A DNA stretch of 64,000 nt, taken from the IMG/VR virus record IMGVR_UViG_2926558313_000004, positions 64,001 to 128,000 of that record, one strand, 5' to 3'. The position numbers and the translations under genes are program-made. Positions within the stretch are counted from its first letter, which is position 1. Every line of letters begins with the position of its first letter. The DNA comes from a virus (Duplodnaviria; Caudoviricetes). Of this stretch, positions 49,324 through 60,766 are shown piece after piece. Below the pieces are notes generated by a model that saw only the letters and a list, made by a program, of their open reading frames with translations, was not told the DNA's origin and did no database searches.

Positions 49324-50800
49324 GCATGGGATGATAGTGAGGTCGGTCAGGGATGGCTTTTGCCATCTTAATTGACCGAAAAATCACTACACAAATTGTT
49401 TTTCATGCAAAAAATTGTTATATAATAGACATATAGCAAAAAAGGAAGTGACGAACAATGGTCATGTATTTAACTCAAAGCAATCAAATCAGAGGTCTTT
49501 CTAAGGAGCAATTTAAACAACTGAAAGAAATGTGTCACTATGCAAAAAACCTTTACAATGTAGGCTTGTATAATGTGCGACAACATTACTTTACAGAAAA
49601 AAGCTTTTTAAGCTATGAATCCAACTATCACGTTTCAAAAACCAATGAAAATTATGGCATGCTTCAAGCGGGTGTTTCACAGCAAATTTTAAAAGTAGTA
49701 GATCGCTCTTTTAAAAGCTTTTTTAATCTAATTAAGAAAGCGAAAAAAGATGAATACCGCTTTCAAGATGTGAAATTACCGAGATATTTAAAGAAAGATG
49801 GTCTGTTTCCACTCATTTTTTCTACAAATGCAATTAGTATTAAAGATGGTTTTTTCCGTGTAGCTGTTTCAAATGCGTACAAAAAGTTGAATCCAAATTT
49901 CCAACAAATCCTGATACCTTTCCCTTCAAGACTAGAGGGTAAAAAGATAAAAGAAGTACGAATCGTCCCAAGAAACAACGGACAATTCTTTTCTATTCAA
50001 TACGTCTATGAGCAACCGTATGAAGTGACAGAGCTAGATCGTAGCAAAGCACTAGCTATTGACATCGGATTAGACAATCTGGCTTCTTGCGTTGATACAG
50101 ATGGGGCATCCTTTTTAATGGATGGAAAGAAAATCAAATCAATTAACCGTCTATACAACAAAGAGAAAGCACGTTTACAATCCATTGCCATGAAACAGGG
50201 TATGAAATACACGAAGCAGATTGACGCTATAACATTGAAGCGCAATCGTCAAATCAGTGATTCCATAAAAAAAAGCGCCAGACACATCATTAACTATTGC
50301 ATAGAAAACAAAATCGGCAATCTAGTTGTGGGCTACAATAAAGATTTTAAGAGAAATATCAATATTGGCAAAAAGAATAATCAGCAGTTTGTACAAATTC
50401 CATTTGGAAATTTGAGAGAGCAACTTTTTAATCTTTGTGAGCGATATGGCATTGAATACAAAGAGCAAGAAGAAGCCTATACAAGCAAAGCGTCTTTTTT
50501 TGACAATGACCTCATTCCGAATTGGAATCCAGAAGAAAAAGAAAAGCACATTTTTAGCGGAAAACGTATAAAACGTGGTCTTTACCGCACGAAAACCGGA
50601 TATGAGCTAAATGCTGATATTAATGGAGCTTTAAATATTTTACGCAAAAGTAACTTGGTGGATTGTGAAATCCTACAAGCTAGAGGGCGTTTGGCTCGCC
50701 CATTAAGAATAAGAGTCATTTGACCAAACTTCTTTTAAAGAATCCCACTCGTTTCACCGCAAGGTGTAGAGCTTGCCCCTTTAGGGGTGGGAGAAGTCAA
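49290..50800 (+). mobile_element. IS200/IS605-family TnpB-only element (IS1341-like)
   Basis: Inserted 3' of TTAT (49286-49289), ends in TCAA, subterminal hairpins CCCATCGCCTTTAGGCATGGG and GCCCCTTTAGGGGT, no target duplication; excision restores the host reading frame. Confidence 0.9.
49458..50723 (+). CDS. tnpB: TnpB RNA-guided nuclease
   Basis: AKNLYN, RuvC-I LAIDIGLDN, QEEAYTSK, RuvC-III NADINGALNI. Confidence 0.95.
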   Translation: MVMYLTQSNQIRGLSKEQFKQLKEMCHYAKNLYNVGLYNVRQHYFTEKSFLSYESNYHVSKTNENYGMLQAGVSQQILKVVDRSFKSFFNLIKKAKKDEYRFQDVKLPRYLKKDGLFPLIFSTNAISIKDGFFRVAVSNAYKKLNPNFQQILIPFPSRLEGKKIKEVRIVPRNNGQFFSIQYVYEQPYEVTELDRSKALAIDIGLDNLASCVDTDGASFLMDGKKIKSINRLYNKEKARLQSIAMKQGMKYTKQIDAITLKRNRQISDSIKKSARHIINYCIENKIGNLVVGYNKDFKRNINIGKKNNQQFVQIPFGNLREQLFNLCERYGIEYKEQEEAYTSKASFFDNDLIPNWNPEEKEKHIFSGKRIKRGLYRTKTGYELNADINGALNILRKSNLVDCEILQARGRLARPLRIRVI

Positions 50801-50930
50801 GAATGTTGTTGGTGCTGCTATGAAGGCTCATACTCGTGAAGTATTGAGGATGAAATAGAGCGTATAATATACTAGTAAAAACCTCCCATTTTGTCGTATA
50901 ATGGTAGAATGACGGATGGGAGGTGAAGAA

Positions 50931-51689
50931 ATGAATATATTAAGTATCTTACATACTTTTGAGAACTTAACTAATAAAGAAAAAGAGCGACTTTTAAAAG
51001 AATTTAAGGTGAAGTCGTTTGTTGAACTCCACTTGAAAATTAATGAATCATTGAAAAAAACTCTAAATGTAATTGAAAATCAAGATTTAATTAATGCATC
51101 AAAATTCGTTAGGTGGAATGATGATTGGAATGAATATGGAATTTACGGAAGTAAAAGAGAAGTCTTGAAAGAAGTAGCTTCCAAAACCTATAGTAGAGGT
51201 AGAATTTTATTCATTGACTTCGGTCATCACAACATAGGTAGAGAGTTTTCGCATAATCATGCAGGAGTCGTACTAAAAGACTTTGGTTCAGTTATAGAAG
51301 TATTGCCTATAACATCGGACAAAGGTAAGAAATTTTCCAGCGATATTGAAAAAGCGATTATTCGAGTAAAGAAAGCCGATTATAATCAGTTTGATAATAA
51401 TTCAATTTTGTTAACACATCAAATTCAATCAATCTCTAAGAATAGAATTATCAAAGACTTACACAAAACAATAGCTAAGACAGAATTAATGGTTCAGATT
51501 GAAGAAAGACTATCCTTCACTTATGCTCCTTACTATTCCAAAAAACAAAATGATGAAATAAACTCATTATCAGAAAAAGTTTTGCAATTAGAAGAAGAAA
51601 TTCGTATTATGAGTGAATTAACTAAGGGAATAACTGAAGTAACTACTAGTGAAAAGTTAATCGCTTCTCATAAAGAAATAGTTGACTAA
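50931..51689 (+). CDS. PemK/MazF-fold endoribonuclease-like protein with N- and C-terminal extensions
   Basis: RGRILFIDFG...NIGREF...HAGVVL...VLPITS, QIQSISKNRI; GGGAGGTG RBS; TATAAT upstream. Confidence 0.8.
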   Translation: MNILSILHTFENLTNKEKERLLKEFKVKSFVELHLKINESLKKTLNVIENQDLINASKFVRWNDDWNEYGIYGSKREVLKEVASKTYSRGRILFIDFGHHNIGREFSHNHAGVVLKDFGSVIEVLPITSDKGKKFSSDIEKAIIRVKKADYNQFDNNSILLTHQIQSISKNRIIKDLHKTIAKTELMVQIEERLSFTYAPYYSKKQNDEINSLSEKVLQLEEEIRIMSELTKGITEVTTSEKLIASHKEIVD

Positions 51690-51710
51690 ACACAACAAAA
51701 CGTGTATGAT
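51682..51710 (+). promoter_or_regulatory. sigmaA promoter for downstream sRNA
   Basis: TTGACT-17nt-TATGAT overlapping the stop of the PemK-like gene. Confidence 0.75.
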
Positions 51711-51716
51711 GTAAGT

Positions 51717-51832
51717 ATCAAAAGTTATATTAACCCTTTCCGTAAGGAATGAGGCTGTGCAATTAACCTATTAACCCTTGCAATATTGCAAGAGGCTTAA
51801 GACCTCCCTCCATTGTGAGCGAGGTCTTTTTC
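51717..51832 (+). ncRNA. Putative small RNA with two structured 29-nt repeats
   Basis: Repeats at 51728-51756 and 51769-51797; terminator AAGACCTC...GAGGTCTTTTT; no plus-strand ORF. Confidence 0.65.
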
Positions 51833-51932
51833 GTGGTTTCGATATTTGTTTATACATATGCCCCATGTCTCCCCTACTCTACTGGAGTCAGGGGATTTTT
51901 GTGTTTTAATTGCTTTGAAAGGAGTTGATGAA

Positions 51933-54900
51933 ATGAATGAAGATTTGAAGTTGCTGATTACAGCAGGGATTAATACTGGTACATCTGTAAGGGAAATCAA
52001 TAATTCAATTAAACAACTGCAGAAAGTTGTTAATCAAAAGAAATTAAATTTAAATATTAAAGTTAATCAAGATACTTTAAAGCAAATTGAAATGTTTAAT
52101 ACACGGATGAAGGCGCTGGGAGATCAAGCTTTAAATACACGGAAAGTTATAGAAGAAGTCACCTCCCCCACTGGCGCAAAAGTAACAAGAACTCACTGGG
52201 AAGGTGTAGGTGGGGCATTTTCTGAGATCGAATCAAAAGCCAAGCAGACTCAGAAATCAATGGCTCAAACATCGGAAGTAGCAAAAGAGACTAAAAAAGA
52301 ATTTGATTCAATAGCAACATCTACTCAAAAAAATGAGAAATCAGCTCAAAAATTTAACTCTGAAATTCAAAAAACAGAGAATTTAGTAAAGCGTACATCA
52401 CGTTTGAATTCTGAAGGTAAAAAGGTTTGGGATGAGACATATCAAAGCGCTTCAAAGGCACGGCAGGAAGTTGTTAAATATAATGAACATGGTGAACAAA
52501 CCAATAAAGTTTACACTGAAAATTATAATAATTTAAGAAAACTTTCTCAGGAACGAGCTAAGTTGAGACGTGAATTGGTTGCAATGCAATCAGATGGTCG
52601 TATTTCTCAATCTCAGTTTAATGATTTATCTAGTAGATTAAATACAAGCACTAGCCAAGTTGCTTTGAATAAATATAAAGAACAGATGAAGTCATTAACT
52701 ACAGTTACAAGCCAAGCAACAGCTAATCAAGCTAAATTAAATCAAGAGCAAGGTAAATTTAGAATTAATTTAAATCAATTACATAATCAAGGAAAAATTA
52801 CTGAAGATCAATTAAGACAATTCAGTAATGCGGTTAATACTACAAAGTCAGTCGGACAAGTTAAAAGGCTATCGCAAGAAATAGATAAGCTAAGAGTGAA
52901 GGCTTCCAGTGTGTCTTCTACTCCACTAACTCAATTTGATCTAGATTTAGCAAGAAGGCAATTTGATAATAAAGCAAGTGAGGCAATTAGACAATACCCA
53001 TCTATTGATAAACGGGCAATAGCTGACCTGCAAAATCAGTTTAAATCACTAGAAGTAGGAACAGATAACGTAAGAAATAAAATAAGAGATTATAACATGT
53101 CTCTAACGGAAACTGTCAGTCAGACTAAACGTGTGACTGCTAATACTAATACAATGGCTGGGGCATTCCAGAATGCAATGGTGGAATATCGCCGTCTAGC
53201 TTAGTAATAGGCTAGATTATGACAGGGGAAAATCGGTGAAGGCTAAGTCGTAAGATATGCTAATACCGAGGTAAATATTAAATGTAAAAGTTTAATATCA
53301 CCGTAACGCATAGGTCTTGAACCTGTGTTTTTATCCACAGAATATAATAGACCCACGAGTCTCCTGTACCCTATCGATTATTCGAGGGTAAAAATGTATG
53401 CTATCTCATCATGAATCAACATGATTCAAAGGAGGAAACTCCGAGGGAGTAAAGATAAAAAGCTTTACTGTGAAAAATGGAAGTTCCCTATCTGGATGGC
53501 AGCCAGTACCGCTTTCTTTGGTACGATCAGAAGTTTCCAAAATATGTTAACACAAATTATCGAGATCGACAGTCAAATGACCTCATTAATGAGGGTATCC
53601 AATGGAGAAATCGATAGAAATCATATTCTTCAGCAAAGTGTTGATTTGGCAACGCGATTGGGTAATACAATAAGCCAAATTAACGCTGGGCTTGAAACGT
53701 TCGCCAGACAAGGCTTTAGAGATGATGGGCTAATTGCCATGACGGAAGCATCTACCTTATTTTCCAATATTTCGGAAATGGATGTTGACCAAGCGGCAAG
53801 TGGTCTAACTGCTATAGCTATGGGCATGAAGGAAATTAGCGATACAGATATCATGGTTGCGGTTGATGCCATAAATGAAGTCGATAATAATTTTGCGATT
53901 TGAAGAAGTCGCCTATATTGGTAACAATATAGTGATAACTCAGTGAACCCTATTGCTCAGGGGTGTACATTATTGTGCTAACGGTGGAAGTCTAAGTTAT
54001 TTTAATACTTAATAAAATAATATGATAATACCGTGCCAAGCTTGAAAGGTAACTTTCTTGAAGGTGTAACGACTAATTCTTAGGAGGGAAAGATGAGCTG
54101 CCCTTCGAAGCGCTGAGAATCCTTTTTAAAGGATTATGATATAGTCTAACCCCTATTAAATATGTCGAAAGACAGGGTATTATATGTTCTTCTCAAAATA
54201 TTGTTCAATCTATCCAAAAGTCAGTAGGTGCTGCAGAGACATTTGGTGTTTCACTGCATGAGCTAATTGGTTATACCACTGCTATTGGAGAAACTACGAG
54301 GGAATCTGGAAATATCATCGGTGAAAAGTTGCTGATGTAAAATTCTCACTTATTGACTTGGACGCCCTAACGTTTAGACGAGGGTAACAGGGGCGAAGTT
54401 TAAATACACGCTGAACGACTGAGTGTGAGAACGCTATTAAGCATAGCGAAGCGACAGTCTGAACTTCTATGGAGACATAGAGAGTAAGGTTGAAGCGCCT
54501 TACCGCCAAATATAGTATTTGGTCAGTAACCTTTAAACTAGGTGAAAGTAACAGCTTGAACAGTCTTAAAACAATATTTTCCAGAATCACCACAATGGAT
54601 GGTTCAATTGATGCATTAAACTCAGTTGGTATAGCTGTACATAATATGGAGGGCGATGTTCGTCCAGTAGCAAATATATTAGATGAATTAGGCAGTAAAT
54701 GGAGTTCCTTGAACTCTCAACAACAGCAATCTATTGCGCTTCAAATTGCCGGCAGATATCAGCTCTCGCGCTTCTTGGTTTTGATGAATAACCATTCTAG
54801 AGCCATCGAAGCTACTAACACAGCCATGAATTCCGCAGGATCTGGAATGAGGGAGAATGAACAATACTTACAATCATTAGAAGCCCGCATAAACAGATTT

Positions 54901-57900
54901 AAAAATTCGTGGACTGAAATGGCTATTACTGTCGGAGACGCTTTTCTGTCTGATGGTATTGTAGCATTTTCAGAAACTATGGCTACAATTTTATCTTCTA
55001 GTTCAGATATCATTAGTGTAATTGGTTTTCTGCCTCCAGCTCTTGGTGCGGCAACAGTGGCAACTGTAGCACTTAATTCTTCAATGAGAACCAATATAAC
55101 GACCGCCGCAGCTCAAGCGGGAACGCTAACTACACTTAGAGGTATAATTTCAGGTGTAGGTGCAAGTGCAACAGCAACTGGTGCAGCTTTAGCAACTATG
55201 GGACGTTTCATGATTGGAGCCTTACCGCCTGTTGCTCTGATAATGCTTGGTAGCTTTGCATTAGAAAAGCTCTTCTCAGCTTACATGAAGAATAGAGAAG
55301 AAGTAAGGCAGCTAGAGCAAGAAATGAATAAGTCCACCGAGGCAATTAGAAGTCAAGGTGACACAGTTGATGAACTTGCAAATAGGTTCCAAGAACTTGA
55401 AAAATTAAAGCAAACAACTGGTTTAACAAATGAACAGGAAGAGGAATTTGTAAGTCTACAGAATCAATTAGCAGAAATACTACCTACTGTAGCTAGTGGA
55501 TTAGATGAAAAAGGGAACAAGCTGATTGAAAGCTCTGATTTACTACAACAGGAAATTGACCTATTAAAAGAAAAAATTGAACTGGAGAAAGAGCAGAATA
55601 GACTGAATTTAGATTCAAACATTAATAGTCTGCAATTAGATATCGATAAAGAAATTAATAATATTGATAAATTGAAAAAGCATGTAATTTTTTACGAAGA
55701 AGAAATTTCTAGATTGCAAAATGACAATACTGCCTCTGCTTTCGACATTGAATGGAATCAACTGCAATTATTTGCTACAAAACAAAAAATCATTGAAGCA
55801 GAGCAGAAAATTCTAAATCTTAATAAGCAAATAGGTCAAACAGTTGCCGATACTGTTGAAGATGCTTCTAACTTAAGTAATCTGGATTTTGACTGGATAT
55901 CTGAGATCAAAAAGAATGGATTCGATGGCATTGATTTAAATAATGATGAATTAATTAAATTCACTAAAACCCTCTCCTCTATTCGCAAATCTTTCGGTGA
56001 AGCATTTTCAACCGATCAACTAAAAACTTTTTCTCAAGAGCAGTTGCAAATCCTCTCCCACATGTCAGTTAATCTTCAAAATGGGACAAAAGATTTTAGT
56101 GATTGGACAGATGCTTTAAAAAATGCAGGGTTCTCATCTGATGATGCAGAATCAGCTATTAGTGCGTTAAATAGAGCTGTTGAGGAAACTGCTCATGTAC
56201 AAGAAATGGTTGATCTTGGTGTATTTCGTGATTTAGAAGGAACAATTCCTGTAAAAACTACGAAAGAATACAATGAAGTTATAGAAGAAGGTATTCCTCT
56301 TTATATTGAAGTCGATGGGGTTATGCAGGAATTAACTGACACTTTAGACTCCCAATCCGAATCCATCGATCTCACTGAAAAATCCTTCGAAGAACTCACT
56401 CAATACATAGCCGAAAAAACTAACCCTACCCTATCCGATTACATGGCACTGGCATCAGCCACATCAGATGAACTCGACATCCTCTCCTCTGCTCACAAGG
56501 AATTAATCACCGACGGTAAGCTTTCTCAATCAAGTCTAGATAAGCTAATCGAAGCTTACCCAGACTTCATCAAAGTAACTGGCTTATCGACAGATAAGAT
56601 GCTTGAATTTATAACAGCTTCTAAGCAGCAACGTATGCAAGCAATTCGTGATCAAAAAGAAATGACTAGAGCAACCATCGAAGAAACTGAGAAGCGAATT
56701 GCAGAGATGCAAAAAGAAATCGACGCAATGGGAGCGCGGACTCTAGCTCAAATCAGAAGTTATAACGCTCAAATTACTAGTCTAAGAAATGCATTGTCTA
56801 ACACGACTGACCGAAGCGAACAAGAAAGACTCTCTAATGAAATCACTCGCATTAGTGGAGTCATTTACGATTTAAATACTGCCTTCCAAGAGCAGCACAC
56901 TATTCTAAGTGACTTAAAAAAAGAAAATGAGGAAGCAACTAATTCATACACTTACCTCGACTATGCAGTAAATGATTTAGCTGAATCTTATCATAAGAAT
57001 ACTGAAGCAAACGACAAAAATAATAAATCTCAAAAAGACTCAATTTATTTAGCTAATAAGCGAGAAGAAGCAATCAAGGCTCTTAATCGTGAACTAACCA
57101 GACAGCAAAACGCTCAAAATAACTTACTAAAGGGATCTCAAAGATGGTTAAAAGCTAAGCAGGAAGAAATCAACCTCACTCAAAAACTAAGAGAAGAATT
57201 AGCTAATCAGAGGGCGGAATTAGAAAAACTACAAAATGCAGGAATCGTTCAACAATCAGGAGTAGTAAATTCTTCTTCGATGAATGGTGGATCGTCTTCA
57301 TCGTCTTATAGCGGTCAATACGCTACTTATATTAATAAAGCCGCTGCACAATACGGAATTGATCCAAATCTAATTGCGGCTGTCATTCAAACAGAATCTA
57401 ATTTCAATTCAAATGCCCGTTCCTCTGCCGGAGCACAGGGATTAATGCAATTAATGCCTGCTACCGCTAGAGAACTTGGAGTTACCAACATAAATGATCC
57501 TGAACAAAACATTATGGCAGGAACTAAATACCTCGCACAGCAACTTGAAAGATTTAGCGGAGATATCGAAAAAGCATTAGCTGCTTACAATGCGGGTCCC
57601 GGCAATGTTCAGAAATGGGTTAATAATGGTCAATGGGGTAATATACCGTTTAAGGAAACTCGAAATTACATTCCAAAAGTCTTAAATGAATACGGTAAAT
57701 TTAATAATAATTCATCCTCTACAAGCGGAGTCTCTAATGATGTAGCCTCATATTATCTTAATAATTTCCGTCAAACTTCTCAGTTTGGTATGCGTAATGG
57801 ACGTATGCACAATGGAATTGATCTCGCCCCAATGGAAAGAGGTAAACAAGGCGATCCAATTAAGGCTCTTATGGGTGGAGTTGTCAAATCAGTTGGTTAT

Positions 57901-60717
57901 CAAAAAGATGGAGCTGGCTATTATATTACGTTAGAGCATATGGATGGTTCAGTAACTAAATATTTCCACCTTATGGAAATGCCTAGTTTAAAAGTTGGTC
58001 AACAAGTACAAGGTGGTCAGCAAATAGGTAAATTAGGAAACACTGGACGCTCTTCAGGTGCTCATCTTCATCTTGAATATTTGCAAAATGGTAAAGCCGT
58101 CAACCCTTTACCCGTTCTTCAGCAAATAGCACAAGGCGGAGGCGATTTTGCCCAATATCAACAAGGTCTTGCTAATCAAGCCCAAACAATTGAAGATTTA
58201 AAAGTTCAAGAACATCAGCTATATTTGCAGCAGCAAAAAATTCAAGAAGATTATTTAAATGGTTTAATTGAAAATCACAATCGTTCAATAGAAAGATTAG
58301 AGCGTTCAATTCAAGAACAGCAGAACATTATCGACCAAAATCCAGAAGGCTCAGCAGCCCGCAACCAAGCATTAAATCAAATTAACTACCTTCAAAGCTT
58401 AATTGATAAGGAATTAAATGAAATCCAGTATAAGGCTGGACAATACTCAAACAGAACAGATATTTCTGAACAAGGTAGATATGATTTTGCCGTACTTCGT
58501 GATGAAACTCGACTACGCAGACAAGGTATAACCATAGAGCAAGCTGAACGTAATGCCACACGCACTGAAGAAAAAGTTACTCAGCTACAAGGATTAATTG
58601 AACAGCAAAACCGATCCCTTCAACACGTTGAAAATGAATTAAACAAATTAGATCCCTACTCTCCTGAATATCGTGAAATGTTAGATGATCGACTTAAACA
58701 CGAAAATGAAGCTCTTCGTCTTATGAATCGAATTAAAGAAGAATATACTAAAGCGATTGAATCAGGAAAATTAACTGAAGCTTCAATTAATCAATTTAAA
58801 CAAGCGTTGTCGGATACGAACTTAGAAATCGAAGAACAATCTCGTTTAATCAAAGAAATAGATGAACTTTTTGCAGAGAGTGTCATTGGTGAATATAATC
58901 GAGAATTAGATAAACTCTCTTACCAATATGACTTATCAACAAAGACAATGGCTTTATACAAAGAAGGCTCAAAAGATTACATGCTTGAACTGAGCAAGCA
59001 AGCGAGTATAACAACGGAGCAAATCAATAAAGAAAAAGAATTACAACAAACCCTTCTTGAACTTTTAAGAACTAAAGATTTATCTATACAGAAGCAAGAA
59101 GAATATAATGAAATGATAAGAACTTCAGTTATTAGACAAAAAGAATTTCAACTCACTCTTCTAAACACAAGAGAATATATTCAAAATCAAATTGCAGATC
59201 AATTAACTAAACAGCAAACTCAATATTTAGATACTTTGAAAAATAAGTATGATGAACTAAATAAAACTCTAGAATCATTAATTAAACCAGAGGATATATT
59301 TAATGCTAATGAATTTAAGCACAGCATCAATGAGATTATTTACGAACTAGAGCGAATTGATGGTCAATTTAAGAAAAACGCCATGTTTGTAGAATCTGCA
59401 TCTGGAGTATATAAAAATCTCGATCAAACGAGAAAATCAATTCTTGATATGGCAAACGCCATTGAAAAAATGGCTAATTCCACATCTAATAATCAGTCTG
59501 AATTAGAGAAAATGATTCGCTCGCAATCTCAATATGCCAATCAAATTAAAGATGAAATTGAACTTATCGATCAGAGAATTCGTCAAAGAGAGCTTGAACA
59601 GAAGAAAATTGAAGATTCTCTTCAAAATCAAATAGATCTCAGACAAAAAGAAATAGAGCAATTAGATGAACAATATCAAAAAGAAGATAGACTCAAACGA
59701 TTACGTGATCTAGAAGAAGAAATGGATAAAGTGTATAACGATAGACGTTTTGAGTATATTGACGCAGAAGGAAATGTCATCCTTACCTATGACAGAGGTC
59801 GCTACAATGAATTAGTCAAACAACGTGACGAGATGCTTGAGCAATACGAGCGTGAAGATATTAAAAAAGCCCGTCAAGATGAAATTAATGAACTCCAAGA
59901 AAAGCTAAACAAAACGAGAGAAATTCACAGGGCAGAAATAAATGACATCAATCTTCAACGCAATGCTTTAAACACTTTATACAATGCTTTAGTTGCAAAC
60001 ACTAGAGATAAAATGGCTCAGCTTAAATCATTACAAGACCAACATCTCGAAGACACAAGAAAGAATTGGGATGACATTATTGAATCCGTCAGAGAAGGAA
60101 CAATGACCTATTCTGAATTAATGAATAGCTGGTATGGATCTGCATTAGAAGAGATGAAGGACTTTGGGTTGGAAGTGGCTGAAGAAGTCAATAAAATAAA
60201 GGATTTATACAATCAATTATTTGAAGTTCAAGTTCCGGAGCCTCCAAAACAAAAGAGTGGTAGTAGCGGAAGTAGCAGTTCTAAAACTGGAAGTACCATC
60301 GGAAGAGTTATAGGTGGTTTTGTAGGAGGAGGAGCAGGTGGCGCTGTTGGTGGAGCAATCGGCGGCGCTATTGGCTCAATCAGAGATAAAATCACTAAAA
60401 AACATGATGGCGGCATTGTCGAGGGTGGAAAGCCAAATAAAGTCACACAATTGATGAATACCCTCATGAATGCTAATGCAGATGAGCAAGCAATTTTAGC
60501 ATTGAAAAATGAATTATTCTCTCCTGAAGAAAATCTTACCAAATACGCTCTTCCTAACATGAGAAATCTAATGAGTAAGGTTACACCTAATTTAAGTTTA
60601 CAACCACAAACAACTGAAACTCATTACCATATTCATAAAGACATCTTAGTAAAAGCGGATAATCCATACGATATGCTTCAAGGTATTCGTACTTTTGTAA
60701 ATACAAATAAAGGTTAA
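51933..60717 (+). CDS. yomI: Tape measure protein with SLT and M23 domains, spliced: join(51933..53182,53480..53899,54187..54322,54559..60717), 2654 aa
   Basis: Splicing yields NAMV|KFPIWM, DNNFAI|SSQ, TRESGNIIG|NSLKTIFSRI; SLT motifs QTESNF, GLMQLMP, AAYNAG; M23 HNGID and HLH. Confidence 0.92.
53183..53479 (+). ncRNA. Group I intron 1 of tape measure gene (297 nt, no ORF)
   Basis: P1 AUGGU|G..CGCCGU with U.G at splice site, terminal G, P7 AACGCAUA/UAUGC, P10 GGAAU/GUUCC. Confidence 0.9.
53900..54186 (+). ncRNA. Group I intron 2 of tape measure gene (287 nt, no ORF)
   Basis: P1 GCGAU|UU..AAGUCGC, R AACGACUA, S GAUAUAGUC, P3 CUCAGU/GCUGAG, terminal G. Confidence 0.92.
54323..54558 (+). ncRNA. 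Group I intron 3 of tape measure gene (236 nt, no ORF)
   Basis: P1 CAUCGGU|GA..UUGCUGAUG, R AACGACUG, S GACAGUC, P3 UUCUCAC/GUGAGAA, terminal G. Confidence 0.9.
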
Positions 60718-60721
60718 GTTC

Positions 60722-60744
60722 AGGGGTGGTTAACACCCCTTTTC
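60722..60744 (+). terminator. Intrinsic terminator after tape measure gene
   Basis: AGGGGTG-GTTAA-CACCCCTTTT. Confidence 0.7.
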
Positions 60745-60766
60745 TCTTTTTGAAAGAGGTGAAAGA

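Noticed and set aside
51728-51797. Two repeats as a mini-CRISPR array
   Set aside because: Repeat interiors differ and the spacer is only 12 nt; reported instead as structured sRNA
53421-54593. ORF-track starts at 53421 and 54490 and minus-strand ORFs 53630..53872, 54315..54593
   Set aside because: N-termini lie inside introns or are antisense shadows; true coding parts are exons of the tape measure gene
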